A DNA stretch of 64,000 nucleotides from Bacteroidota bacterium (lineage in GTDB: Bacteria; Bacteroidota; Ignavibacteria; UBA10030). The notes beneath the pieces were generated by a model. The model did not search any database. It was not told the origin of the DNA and saw only the letters and a program-made list of their open reading frames with translations. The stretch is taken from positions 130,732 through 194,731 of the forward strand of contig JBGFRO010000020.1 of assembly GCA_041695085.1 (NCBI GenBank), given 5' to 3'. A program made the position numbers and the translations under genes. Every line of letters starts with the position of its first letter. Within the stretch, counting starts at the first letter, position 1. Of this stretch, positions 1-9,811 are shown piece after piece.

Positions 1-2828
1 TCCCTATCATGTTCGTGAACGTCGGTGGGAATGTCGGTCTGGCACGCCTGAAAAAGATTGCGGAGGATTTGCAGGACCGAATCGAATCGGTTCCCGGCGT
101 CTTGCGGGCGGATCTGAGCGGCGGTCTGGAGCCCGAAGTGCAGGTCAATGTGGATGTCTACCGTATGAACGGCTATCAGATTGGATTTGACGACGTGGTG
201 ACGGCAATCCGAAATGAGAACCTCTCCGTTCCCGGCGGCACGATCGATACCAAAGAAAAGAACCTGTCGATCCGCGTCCCGGGCGAATTCAAAGACGTGC
301 GGCCATTGGAAGACATCGTCATCAAGATCCAAAACGGAAAGCCGATCTATTTGCGTGATGTGGCGACGGTGGAGTACTCCTTCGAAGACCGGCAGACCTA
401 TGCCCGGCTCGACGGTGTGGAGGTCGTTTCTTTGGCGGTCCGGAAACGGGCGGGGGAGAATCTGCTTCGCATTGCAGGCGAGGTGAAGAAGATCATCGAA
501 GAGACCCGGGCAACGCTCCCCAGCGGCATCGAGCTGTTGGTGTCCAACGACCAATCGGTGCAGATTCAACGCTCCGTCAATGAGCTCGAGAACAGTATCT
601 TCACGGGTATGTTTCTGGTGGTCCTGTCCCTCTTTATGTTCTTCGGATTCAAGAACTCGTTGCTTGTCTCCGCAGCGATCCCTCTTTCGATGTTCATCGG
701 ATTTATCTTGCTGAGCGCCTTCGGCGTAACGTTGAACTTCGTGGTTCTCTTCGCGCTCGTGTTGGTCCTCGGCATTTTGGTGGATGATGCCATTGTGGTT
801 ATCGAGAACATCTATCGGCATCAACAGGAGTATCACAAGAGTCCGATCCAGGCCGCCAAAGATGGCACGGCGGAGGTTGCGATCCCCGTGCTTGCATCCA
901 CGATTACCACCATCTCCCCCTTCATCCCGCTCCTGTTCTGGCCGGGAGTGGTGGGCGACTTTATGTGGTTCCTGCCGACGACGTTGATCGCAACACTGGG
1001 AGCCTCGCTCTTCGTCGCGTTTGTCATCAGCCCTGTGCAAGCAGCGCAGTGGATCAACTACAAGCGCGAGATTCTGAAGGCGAAGAAAAACCTCGAGCAC
1101 CCGAAATGGTGGAAGAAATATAATCCCATCACGGTGCTTTACCACAAAATGGACGACGTGGTCTTTCCATGGATGCAGAAGAAGTATGTGTCCACGCTGC
1201 GTTGGACACTCCAGCGGAAAGGAATCACCATTGCAGGGTCCATCGTCCTGTTGGTGCTCGTGGTTGTTCTCTTCGGCCTCTTCAATACAGGCGTGGAGTT
1301 CTTTCCGAACGTCGAGCCGAACCAGGTGACGGCCCGCATCGAAGCGCCTCCGGGGACGTCACTCGACATTACCAACAGCATTGCCGCTTCGTTGGAACAG
1401 CGGTTGTCGGAGGTGTACGGCAGGAATAATATCGAATTCATCGTAACCAGCATCGGCACGTCGGACGATCCGTTCGATTTTGGCGGACAGGGAACGACGA
1501 ACAAAGGTTCAATTGCAATCAATTTCTATGAGAAATCGAAGCGTGATGCAAACACGTTCGACATACTCGAGAGCATCCGTTCGAAGTTCACAGGCATTGC
1601 AGGTGCCGATGTGCGCGTCGCGAAGCAGGAGATGGGGCCCCCCGTCGGTGCCGCTGTCAGCATTGAGATTTCGGGTGAGGATTACACCCAATTGGCCGAA
1701 ATCAGCAAGCGCATCCAAGACGAAATCAGATCGGTGCCGAACCTCGTCGACCTGAAGGACGACTATAACATCGGACGGCCGGAGGTGGAGATCATCGTGG
1801 ATCGGGAAAAAGCGGGTATGTTGTGGACAAGCACGGGTCAGATCGCAGGAACGGTCCGTTCCGCTATCAGCGGCGCCGAGGCCTCAAAATACCGTGTGGG
1901 TGAAGATGAGTACAAGATTCGTGTCAGGTTGAAGGAAGATCAACGAACGTCTATTGAAGATCTCGAGAAGCTCAACATCACATTTATGAACAGACGAGGT
2001 CAGCTGCTCTCCATCCCGCTGACATCCGTAGCAACGATCGGAATGACTTCCGGTTTGACCGATATTCGGCGAAAAGACCTGAAGCGGGTCATGACCGTGA
2101 CAGGGAACGTGGAGGGACGCGTCGCGTCGGAGGTGCTGGACGACGTCAAAGAGCGCCTCGCCGGTATCGAGCTTCCTCCGGGATACATGGTGAAGTTCAC
2201 GGGGAAGGATGAGGAGCAAGCGAAGGCGCAGGCATTTCTCCAGCGCGCCTTCAACATCACCTTGCTGTTGGTGTTCCTGATTCTTGTCACGGAGTTCAAT
2301 TCGGTGAAGGTGCCGTTCGTCGTCATGCTCTCGGTTATTCTCTCGTTGATCGGAGTGATGCTCGGCATCCTTGTCACGCGAACACCGTTCATCATCATTA
2401 TGACCGGTGTGGGAATCATCGCCTTAGCGGGGATTGTAGTGAAGAATGCCATCGTCTTGCTCGACTTTGCCAAACGCAAGCGAGACGAAGGGATGCCGCT
2501 GGATGAGGCGTTGATCGAAGCTGGCCGGACGCGCCTCCGCCCAATTCTCTTGACGGCTGCCACGACGGTGCTCGGTATCCTTCCATTAGCTACCGGCTTC
2601 GACTTTGATTGGCGAGAACTGCACTTCGTTGTGGGCGCAGAAAGTGCCGGATTCTGGGGTCCCTTGGGTGTGGCGGTCATTTCCGGCTTGACGGTCTCGA
2701 GCTTCCTCACACTTGTCATCGTACCTACGTTCTACTCCTTGCTTGAGTCGTGGACCGAGAAGTTCAAAGTCCTGATCGGTCGCTTCATCAAAATGATGCC
2801 CGAGAACGAGCCGGTCATGGGCAAGTGA
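1..2828 (+). CDS. RND-family efflux transporter permease (AcrB/HAE1-CzcA superfamily), 5'-truncated by window edge
   Basis: ORF runs from the window edge in frame (939 aa). Multiple TM-rich blocks alternate with large periplasmic loops, and the C-terminal motifs are typical of RND pumps (..GPLGVAVISGLTVSSFLTLVIVPTFY..). Confidence 0.85.
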   Translation, partial: PIMFVNVGGNVGLARLKKIAEDLQDRIESVPGVLRADLSGGLEPEVQVNVDVYRMNGYQIGFDDVVTAIRNENLSVPGGTIDTKEKNLSIRVPGEFKDVRPLEDIVIKIQNGKPIYLRDVATVEYSFEDRQTYARLDGVEVVSLAVRKRAGENLLRIAGEVKKIIEETRATLPSGIELLVSNDQSVQIQRSVNELENSIFTGMFLVVLSLFMFFGFKNSLLVSAAIPLSMFIGFILLSAFGVTLNFVVLFALVLVLGILVDDAIVVIENIYRHQQEYHKSPIQAAKDGTAEVAIPVLASTITTISPFIPLLFWPGVVGDFMWFLPTTLIATLGASLFVAFVISPVQAAQWINYKREILKAKKNLEHPKWWKKYNPITVLYHKMDDVVFPWMQKKYVSTLRWTLQRKGITIAGSIVLLVLVVVLFGLFNTGVEFFPNVEPNQVTARIEAPPGTSLDITNSIAASLEQRLSEVYGRNNIEFIVTSIGTSDDPFDFGGQGTTNKGSIAINFYEKSKRDANTFDILESIRSKFTGIAGADVRVAKQEMGPPVGAAVSIEISGEDYTQLAEISKRIQDEIRSVPNLVDLKDDYNIGRPEVEIIVDREKAGMLWTSTGQIAGTVRSAISGAEASKYRVGEDEYKIRVRLKEDQRTSIEDLEKLNITFMNRRGQLLSIPLTSVATIGMTSGLTDIRRKDLKRVMTVTGNVEGRVASEVLDDVKERLAGIELPPGYMVKFTGKDEEQAKAQAFLQRAFNITLLLVFLILVTEFNSVKVPFVVMLSVILSLIGVMLGILVTRTPFIIIMTGVGIIALAGIVVKNAIVLLDFAKRKRDEGMPLDEALIEAGRTRLRPILLTAATTVLGILPLATGFDFDWRELHFVVGAESAGFWGPLGVAVISGLTVSSFLTLVIVPTFYSLLESWTEKFKVLIGRFIKMMPENEPVMGK

Positions 2829-2866
2829 CTTCAATTTTTCACCGACAAGCGAAAGAGGCTGTGCAA

Positions 2867-2920
2867 CATGTAGGACGAGAAGCCTTCTCGCCCACATTGG
2901 TGTTGCGAAAAAATGTCTGA
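2867..2920 (+). repeat. ATGTAGG + GC-rich hairpin + TTGCGAAAAA motif, copy 1 (40 nt downstream of RND stop)
   Basis: Imperfect hairpin gtaggacgagaag/cttctcgcccac, then ttgcgaaaaaa and cttgaactcgcacatcac. The same architecture recurs at 3238 and 5855. Confidence 0.4.
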
Positions 2921-3237
2921 ATTCCTCACATCTTGAACTCGCACATCACGTCGATCGAACTTTTCGCACAGCCTCTTTTGACTTTTATGCATGGTTGTCG
3001 CGTTCATAATTGGTGATGAGCTGTCGTGACGCGACAATCAAAGCCCTCTGTAAACCCACCGATGTTAGATCTGAATTGATGAGTCTGGATATCACTCCAG
3101 TCTCCCGCGACGCGTTCTTGCTTTTGCGAGAGGTCTGAGATCATCTTCAGGCAATGTTCCTTGTTATTCAATCTTCGCTTTGCTATCATTCAACGTCTTA
3201 AAAACCGTCTTCCAACGCGATCACGACGGCCGTACAA

Positions 3238-3290
3238 GATGTAGGGTGGGAGGCCCCTCCCGCCCACAAACTGAATTGCGAGAAACTTGA
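3238..3290 (+). repeat. ATGTAGG + GC-rich hairpin + TTGCGAGAAA motif, copy 2 (upstream of GHL10 gene)
   Basis: Hairpin gtagggtgggagg cc cctcccgcccac, followed by ttgcgagaaacttgaaccggcacaacacg. Confidence 0.4.
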
Positions 3291-3362
3291 ACCGGCACAA
3301 CACGATACGAGACCTTTTTGTACGGCCGCATTCATCCGTCGTTTTGATCGAAGGAAACCTTC

Positions 3363-4934
3363 ATGAAACTCATTCCCATGAATCGCTCCATCCATCGTGT
3401 TCTCATCCTGATCTTTGTCGGTTGTGGCGTCATTCCTCCCAGCACACGGGTTTCTGAGCTGCGACGCGTCCCGTCGGCGGAACGAGAATTCCGCGCAGTG
3501 TGGGTGGCCACTGTGAGCAACATCGATTGGCCGAGCAAGCCGGGTCTTTCTCCGGAGGATCAGCAACGGGAGGCGCGCGCAATCCTTGATTCTGTGGCCA
3601 ACCTCCGGATGAACGCCGTCATTTTTCAGGTGCGTCCCCACTGTGATGCGATGTATTATAGCGAGTTGGAGCCGTGGTCGTATTATCTGACAGGCCAGCA
3701 GGGGAAGGCGCCCGAACCGTTCTACGATCCGCTTCAATTCTGGGTGAAGGAGGCGCACGATCGGGGACTGGAACTGCACGTCTGGTTCAATCCCTATCGC
3801 GCGCATTTGCCGCGAGGGGGCGAGCCGACGGAGCATTCGATTGTTAAGAAGCGTCCCGATCTCGCAAAGAAGACCAGTGAAGGAACCTACTGGCTCGATC
3901 CGGGGAAACGGGAGGTGCAGGACATTTCGTTCAATGTCGTGATGGACGTGGTAAGAAGGTACGACATCGACGGCGTCCACTTCGATGATTATTTCTATCC
4001 GTATGGCGATGGGGATTTTCCGGATGACGACAGCTGGGGGGAGTATGTGAAATCGGGCGGCTCGCTCTCGCGCAACGATTGGCGACGCGAGAACGTGAAC
4101 ACGTTCATTCAGCGGGTGTATACCGGCATCAAGAAGGAAAAACGGCATGTGAAGTTTGGCATCAGTCCCTTCGGCATCTGGAGGCCCGGCCATCCTCCGT
4201 CTATTCAAGGGTTCGATCAGTACGACCGGCTTTTTGCAGATGCTAAGTTGTGGTTCAACAAGGGTTGGGTCGATTATTGGTCGCCGCAGTTGTACTGGCC
4301 GATCAAGCAGGTTCCACAGAGTTTTCCGGTTCTGTTAGGATGGTGGACGCGCGAGAACACGCGAGGCCGGAATCTCTGGCCCGGCATGTTCACGGGCAGG
4401 ATGGTGAGGGATAGCAGCGCGGATGAGATCCTCAATCAGATCATGATCGCTCGCGGATTTGTGCCGGAGGGGCCGGGGCACATACACTTCAGCATGAGGT
4501 CGTTCTTGCGTGACACTACCGTGCTCAGGGATGAACTGCGCCGTGGTCCCTATCATCAGCCAGCGCTTGTTCCTCCCTCCCCGTGGTTGGATGATGAGGC
4601 GCCGCTCGCGCCGATTGTGGAGTGCAGCGTTGTGAACGATACTGTCAGCGTGAACTGGTCGCACCGCCAGCCCGCGGATGTCTTCCGCTGGGTTGTCTAT
4701 TTCCAATACAACAATAGTTGGGAATATACGATACGCAACAAGAGTGACCGGACGTGGATGTTGCCTGTCTCCCGCGTGGTGGAGGATCCACCGAGGATGC
4801 GACCCGGAGATACAACGGTGCCGACAAGAACCGAGCGGTTGATGCGTATAGCCGTAAGCGCTGTCGATCGAACTGGAAATGAGAGCGAGCTCGTCCAGCG
4901 AGAGCTTCAGTCGACATCAAGCACGAACCAATAA
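3363..4934 (+). CDS. glycoside hydrolase-like family 10 (GHL10/YddW-YngK-like) lipoprotein
   Basis: 523 aa with signal peptide/lipobox (..LILIFVGCG..). Conserved REFRAVWVAT, NAVIFQVRP and HVWFNPYRA blocks are typical of the GHL10 'family 10 glycosylhydrolase-like' lipoproteins. RBS lies upstream of the ATG. Confidence 0.6.
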   Translation: MKLIPMNRSIHRVLILIFVGCGVIPPSTRVSELRRVPSAEREFRAVWVATVSNIDWPSKPGLSPEDQQREARAILDSVANLRMNAVIFQVRPHCDAMYYSELEPWSYYLTGQQGKAPEPFYDPLQFWVKEAHDRGLELHVWFNPYRAHLPRGGEPTEHSIVKKRPDLAKKTSEGTYWLDPGKREVQDISFNVVMDVVRRYDIDGVHFDDYFYPYGDGDFPDDDSWGEYVKSGGSLSRNDWRRENVNTFIQRVYTGIKKEKRHVKFGISPFGIWRPGHPPSIQGFDQYDRLFADAKLWFNKGWVDYWSPQLYWPIKQVPQSFPVLLGWWTRENTRGRNLWPGMFTGRMVRDSSADEILNQIMIARGFVPEGPGHIHFSMRSFLRDTTVLRDELRRGPYHQPALVPPSPWLDDEAPLAPIVECSVVNDTVSVNWSHRQPADVFRWVVYFQYNNSWEYTIRNKSDRTWMLPVSRVVEDPPRMRPGDTTVPTRTERLMRIAVSAVDRTGNESELVQRELQSTSSTNQ

Positions 4935-5129
4935 ATGAGAAGGCAAACGCTTGCGATCAGAAAGGGGCGTATTCTTGCGATGCTGTTCGGCATGCTTTTG
5001 GTTGCATGGTACGAGCGTTTGATTGCACAGGAATCAAAGTTCTCCGTGGGCATATCTGCTGGATTGTCGCATTTTCCACTATCGGATATGAAGGGCGCTT
5101 CAAAGCCAATCTTTCCGCGTACACCTTAA
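4935..5129 (+). pseudogene. possible N-terminal fragment of a secreted/outer-membrane protein (64 codons)
   Basis: Signal-peptide-like stretch MLFGMLLVAWYERLIAQE, then a beta-strand-like start (SKFSVGISAGLSHFP), then a stop. No domain completed. Confidence 0.2.
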
Positions 5130-5506
5130 ACGCAGGAGTTCAACTCGTCCTATAGGGATGGACAGAACAACGTAGACTGTAAACTCACGCATCTTCAACG
5201 ACACTCTGCGCAGCTCCGTCGTTTGCAGCTGCTTGCTTTATGTGTGCCGTGCAGTATCATCTGCGCCAAAAGCACAAGAGTGTCTGGCTCAAATGAGGGG
5301 GAGGTTCACACGATTTTCCTGCCACTGAATTTCCACCAAAACTTTTCCAACTTCTGCGAACTTTCTGCCCATCTCATCCCCAAATCCTTCTCCTTCTGTG
5401 ATGTTTCCAATGGTACGTAACTTGCGTAGCTTTCTCATTGGTGGAGTGTCATCTGCTCTTCCCAAAGCTGAGAGTGGCCATTGTCTTTCACTGAAGAGGC
5501 CTAACA

Positions 5507-5638
5507 ATGGAGAGAGACGAAATTCGGAAGAGAGTCGAGAAAGTCACTGCAGCCGTCCTGAAAGTGGATCCGAAGGAGATCACACCAACAGCCAACTTCG
5601 CATCCGATCTTGGGGCTTGGAAGCGCTTTGAACCATGA
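5507..5638 (+). pseudogene. acyl carrier protein 5' fragment (first ~37 codons, then frame break)
   Basis: Translation MERDEIRKRVEKVTAAVLKVDPKEITPTANFASDLGA.. aligns with the intact ACP at 8151 (MTREEVATRVINVTAREFGMKPSEIKESDQFTTDLGADSL). It loses the DSL phosphopantetheine site and terminates. Confidence 0.5.
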
Positions 5639-5645
5639 GGCGACG

Positions 5646-5723
5646 ATGGAGTTAAAGGTAGAGACCGTCAGTTACTTCAAGGACATTGAGCGAGATCATC
5701 TTGGCCTGCCGGAACTTTCTTGA
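5646..5723 (+). pseudogene. NagB-like 3' fragment (last ~24 codons)
   Basis: Translation MELKVETVSYFKDIERDHLGLPELS matches the C-terminus of the intact NagB at 9812 ([26 protein letters not shown]). The 20-nt string gttacttcaaggacattgag is shared. Confidence 0.5.
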
Positions 5724-5854
5724 ACATCGCCGGTTGCTCCCCCCCATTTTCTGCTCTCAAAATTCCCTTGATGTTCGTAAACGTATTTGGTAGAATCGGA
5801 TGTGGCTGTTCTCTTGCGAAGAGAGCCGATCTTGATAGATACTGAGGCCTTACA

Positions 5855-5910
5855 AAATGTAGGGCGGGACGATGTCCCGCCAGCCAAGGTTTTGCGAAAA
5901 AAAAGTTGAA
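5855..5910 (+). repeat. ATGTAGG + GC-rich hairpin + TTGCGAAAAA motif, copy 3 (upstream of DUF4954-like gene)
   Basis: Hairpin gtagggcgggac ga tgtcccgcc, then agccaaggttttgcgaaaaaaaagttgaaatac. Confidence 0.4.
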
Positions 5911-5978
5911 ATACAACAATCTTGCATTCTCCAAATCTATTTAACACAACACTGACATTCGATGGTACATCCCGACGT

Positions 5979-7970
5979 ATGACCTCTCCCCATCTTACCG
6001 AACAGCAAGTTCAACAACTCCTCCACCAGGGATGCACGGCCACCGATTGGCGAGCAGTCAACATTTCGCCTTCGACGGATCTTCAACGCATTCAACGTGT
6101 CCATTTCTTCGGCTCGGTCGTCGTTGGTGATCTCAGCGGTTCACACATCGTCGATGAAGTAGAAATGCGTTGCGGGATCTATCACGCTTCGATCTCCAAC
6201 TGCGTCATAGGAAACCAGGTTCGCGTTGCGCACATCGGATCGGCCATCGCGAACTACGTTGTGGAAGATGGTGTCGTCATCCAAAATGTTGCGGCCCTCA
6301 CGGCGACGCCGGGTGCCTCGTTCGGCAACGGCGTGGAGGTGGAGACGATCAACGAGGGGGGAGGTCGCACCGTTACGCTGGTCAACGATCTCACCGCGCA
6401 GGTTGCCTTTGCCCAGGCGATGATGAGACATAACGACGAATTCAATAGAAGATTGAGCGGGCTTCTGCGGAAGCATGCTCAGCGCAGTGTGAGCGACCGG
6501 GGCAAGGTAGGAACCGGCGCGCGGCTCCTCCATTGCGGTCCGATTCGCAATGTGAACATCGGTCCCTATGCGTACCTGCACGGCGCCCGATCGCTCGACA
6601 ACGGAACGATCAACAGCAGCAAAGAACATACGTCGGAAGTGGGCGCGGATGTTCAGGCGAAATCGTTCGTGATCGCCGAAGGCGCGAGGATCGAAAGCGG
6701 TGCGATTCTCGACAAGGTCTTTGTCGGTCAGGGGGTGAAAATGGGGAAACAGTTCTCAGCGGAGAACTCACTCTTCTTCGCCAACTGCGAAGCGTTTCAT
6801 GGTGAGGCGGTGGCGGTTTTTGCCGGACCCTACACCGTAACGCATCACAAATCGACGCTGTTGATCGCCGGTGTCTTTTCTTTTTATAATGCGGGCAGCG
6901 GCAGCAATCAGAGCAATCATATGTACAAACTAGGGCCGGTGCACCAGGGCATTCTTGAGCGAGGGTGCAAAACCGGTTCCTTTTCTTACTTGCTTCATGA
7001 AAATCACATCGGCGCGTTCAGTGTCGTGATCGGGAAACATTACACGAACATGAACGTCCCACATCTCCCCTTTTCGTACATTCACGAAGAAGAAGGTGTT
7101 TCGAAGATCATACCGGGTATGAATCTGTTCTCCGTTGGCATGGTGCGCGACGGTGAAAAGTGGCCGAAGCGGGATCACCGCAAAGCTACGGACAAGCGCG
7201 ATCTCATTGTCTTCGACATCTTTTCACCTTATACGGTTGAGAAGATGCGGCGAGGTCGCGACGAGCTGCTCAAACTGAGTGAGATCGTACCCAAAGAAAA
7301 ATCGTTTGTCCAATACGGCGGACTTCAGCTCAGCCGGTTGCTGCTCAAAAAGGGGGCAAAGTATTATTCCCTTGCCATCGACCGTTATCTGCACGGAAAG
7401 GTGCTCGATGCGCTGATGCGATACAGGAAGTCCAGCAAACAATGGGATGAGCTGCTCCGCAGTCTCACGCCTACATCGGATCTGCGCGCACCTGGTGAAT
7501 GGACGGACATATCGGGACTGCTCACTCCACGCGAGCGAATGGCAGCGCTGGAATCGGACGTCGCCTCCGGTTCGATCACAGGTTATGAGGAGGTACGAAA
7601 GAAATTTCAAGAAATGTTCGGTCGCTATGCGGAAGATGAATGGAAGTATGTCTGCGAGACGTACGCTTCCGAATACGGCGTGAAGCCGAACGAGATGACG
7701 AAAGAACAAGCGGCGCATGCAGTTCAGGAATGGGAGAAGGCTGCTACGTCGTTGCACGGAATGATTCTCGAGGACTCGAAGAAGGAATTTGGAGCATTCG
7801 CGCATATCGGTTACGGCGTGGACCAATCTGATGAGCATGCTCGGAAAGATTTCGAAGCTGTGCGCGGTACCATCGACACAAACCCCGTGGTGCAGAAGCT
7901 GTTGGCAGAGGGGGTCGCGATCGCGAATCGGCGAGATGAAGTTTTACGGCTGATAGAGAACGCCTCGTAA
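5979..7970 (+). CDS. DUF4954-like left-handed beta-helix (hexapeptide-repeat-like) protein
   Basis: ATG at 5979; the ORF track begins at a TTG at 5922. About 660-aa protein with repetitive [LIV]-G-x-x motifs (NCVIGNQVRVAHIGSAIANYVVEDGVVIQNV..). No catalytic family recognised. Confidence 0.55.
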   Translation: MTSPHLTEQQVQQLLHQGCTATDWRAVNISPSTDLQRIQRVHFFGSVVVGDLSGSHIVDEVEMRCGIYHASISNCVIGNQVRVAHIGSAIANYVVEDGVVIQNVAALTATPGASFGNGVEVETINEGGGRTVTLVNDLTAQVAFAQAMMRHNDEFNRRLSGLLRKHAQRSVSDRGKVGTGARLLHCGPIRNVNIGPYAYLHGARSLDNGTINSSKEHTSEVGADVQAKSFVIAEGARIESGAILDKVFVGQGVKMGKQFSAENSLFFANCEAFHGEAVAVFAGPYTVTHHKSTLLIAGVFSFYNAGSGSNQSNHMYKLGPVHQGILERGCKTGSFSYLLHENHIGAFSVVIGKHYTNMNVPHLPFSYIHEEEGVSKIIPGMNLFSVGMVRDGEKWPKRDHRKATDKRDLIVFDIFSPYTVEKMRRGRDELLKLSEIVPKEKSFVQYGGLQLSRLLLKKGAKYYSLAIDRYLHGKVLDALMRYRKSSKQWDELLRSLTPTSDLRAPGEWTDISGLLTPRERMAALESDVASGSITGYEEVRKKFQEMFGRYAEDEWKYVCETYASEYGVKPNEMTKEQAAHAVQEWEKAATSLHGMILEDSKKEFGAFAHIGYGVDQSDEHARKDFEAVRGTIDTNPVVQKLLAEGVAIANRRDEVLRLIENAS

Positions 7971-8150
7971 CGGGGGTAGGAGTCCGCCCAACGAGAGTCG
8001 GATATCAAGAGGGATTTCGATGCGGACCGCGGCTTCACCAAAGGGTTCGCGAAACGAACCGCTTCGATTGCATCGCGGTAACAGGAGTGTTTCCCATCGT
8101 CATCGTTATTTGATTTTTTTTCGGGCGTATCCATCACAAAGGAGGATAGT

Positions 8151-8393
8151 ATGACACGAGAAGAAGTAGCTACACGCGTCATCAACGTTACGGCACGGGA
8201 GTTTGGGATGAAGCCGTCGGAGATCAAGGAGTCCGACCAGTTCACCACCGATCTGGGAGCGGACTCGCTGAAATCGATTGAGCTCGTTGCGGCGTATGAA
8301 GAAGAATTCGGCATCTCCGTAAAAGAAGAAGAAGCCTTGAAAGTGCAGACCGTTGGTGGGGCCATCGACTTCTTTCTCAATCTTTCGAAATAA
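8151..8393 (+). CDS. acpP-like: acyl carrier protein
   Basis: 80 aa with DLGADSL phosphopantetheine-attachment motif. RBS aaaggagg lies upstream. Confidence 0.85.
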   Translation: MTREEVATRVINVTAREFGMKPSEIKESDQFTTDLGADSLKSIELVAAYEEEFGISVKEEEALKVQTVGGAIDFFLNLSK

Positions 8394-8410
8394 CAGAAGG
8401 AGAGTTAGCC

Positions 8411-9793
8411 ATGCGTACCTACGAGCTGCAGGACGTGCCAACGCCGAACCTGATTGAAGAGATCTTTCCCTATTCGCTCCCACCGCTGATCAAGTTTGAG
8501 GGGAAAATTCATGAATTGATCGATGGCAAGATCGTTGAGTTTGATCCAAACGAAGTCAAAACGCGCGATATTCACATTACCGACACGACCTTCCGCGACG
8601 GGCAGCAGGCGCGTCCTCCATACAAGAAAGAGCACATGGTGAAGTTGTATGAGATGCTCTCGAAATTGGGGGGACCCAACGGCGTGATTCGGCAGTCGGA
8701 ATTCTTCCTCTACACGAAAAACGACCGGGAGACAATCGATGCGTGTCGTGCGCTCAATCTCCGCTATCCCGAGATTACCGGCTGGATTCGAGCGAACAAA
8801 GGCGATTTTCGCCTTGTGAAGGAGATGGGACTAAAGGAAACGGGGATGCTCACCTCTTCATCCGACTATCACATTTTTTACAAGCAGAACCAAACGCGGA
8901 AGGAGGCGATGCAACAGTATCTCGAAGTGGTGGAGGCGGCATTTGAAGCGGGGGTGCGGCCGCGATGTCACCTCGAAGATGTCACCCGCGCCGATCTGGC
9001 CGGATTCGTCTTTCCGTTCGTTCAGCAATTGGAGCGACTGAGCGAACAGGTGCCGGAGAACATGAAAGTGAAAATCCGGCTGTGTGATACTATGGGATTC
9101 GGGCTTGCCTATCCGAATGTTGCCGAGCCGCGCTCCATCCCGAAACTCATCTGGCGACTGCGGCACGAATGCGGTCTTCCGCCGGAGCGGCTCGAATGGC
9201 ATGGCCACAACGATTTTCACAAGGTGCACATCAACGCCGCAAGTTCGTGGATCTACGGCCTCAACGCGCTCAACGGCACCCTCTTCGGATTCGGCGAGCG
9301 CACCGGCAATCCACCGATCGAAGGAGCCATCATCGAATACGTTTCGCTCAAAGGCAACCTGAATGGCGTCCATCTCGCGATGATGACGGAGATGGCGGAG
9401 TATTATGAAAAAGTCATCGGCACGCAATTGCCTGCCAACTATCCGTTTGTTGGCAGGGACTTCAATACGACGCGGGCCGGTATTCACGCGGGCGGATTGC
9501 GTAAGTTCGAACAAATTTACAACATCTTCGATACAGCGAAGTTGCTCAACCGTCCGCCGCGCGTCGCCATCACGGACAAGTCGGGCACCGACGGCGTGGC
9601 GCTCTGGGTGAACGAGTTCTTAGGTTTGAAGGGAGACGACCGTCTCTCGGTGATGAAGGTGGCGAAGATTCAGCGCTGGGTGATGGATCAGTATGAAAAG
9701 GAAGGACGGATGTCCTCGATTACCGATCAAGAGTTGGAAGAACAAGTAAAGATTCATCTGCCGGAGTACTACAACAAATACAGAAAGAATTAA
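8411..9793 (+). CDS. HMGL-like DRE-TIM metallolyase of the 2-isopropylmalate/homocitrate/Re-citrate synthase family
   Basis: DTTFRDGQQ motif near the N-terminus and a HGHNDFH metal-binding motif. 460 aa, too short to carry a LeuA regulatory domain. RBS aaggagag present; gene is tightly linked to the ACP. Confidence 0.75.
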   Translation: MRTYELQDVPTPNLIEEIFPYSLPPLIKFEGKIHELIDGKIVEFDPNEVKTRDIHITDTTFRDGQQARPPYKKEHMVKLYEMLSKLGGPNGVIRQSEFFLYTKNDRETIDACRALNLRYPEITGWIRANKGDFRLVKEMGLKETGMLTSSSDYHIFYKQNQTRKEAMQQYLEVVEAAFEAGVRPRCHLEDVTRADLAGFVFPFVQQLERLSEQVPENMKVKIRLCDTMGFGLAYPNVAEPRSIPKLIWRLRHECGLPPERLEWHGHNDFHKVHINAASSWIYGLNALNGTLFGFGERTGNPPIEGAIIEYVSLKGNLNGVHLAMMTEMAEYYEKVIGTQLPANYPFVGRDFNTTRAGIHAGGLRKFEQIYNIFDTAKLLNRPPRVAITDKSGTDGVALWVNEFLGLKGDDRLSVMKVAKIQRWVMDQYEKEGRMSSITDQELEEQVKIHLPEYYNKYRKN

Positions 9794-9811
9794 CCCCGAA
9801 AAGGAGTATGT

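Noticed and set aside
2000-2719. 239-aa minus-strand ORF inside the RND pump gene
   Set aside because: Antisense shadow ORF. Ser/Arg-rich low-complexity translation.
3198-4208. 336-aa ORF on the minus strand
   Set aside because: Entirely antisense to the well-supported GHL10 gene (3363..4934). This is a typical shadow ORF in high-GC coding DNA with no recognisable motifs.
5922-5978. TTG start for the DUF4954-like gene (as in the ORF track)
   Set aside because: The in-frame ATG at 5979 is more plausible as the start. The upstream extension overlaps the GTAGG-hairpin/TTGCGAAAAA motif region.
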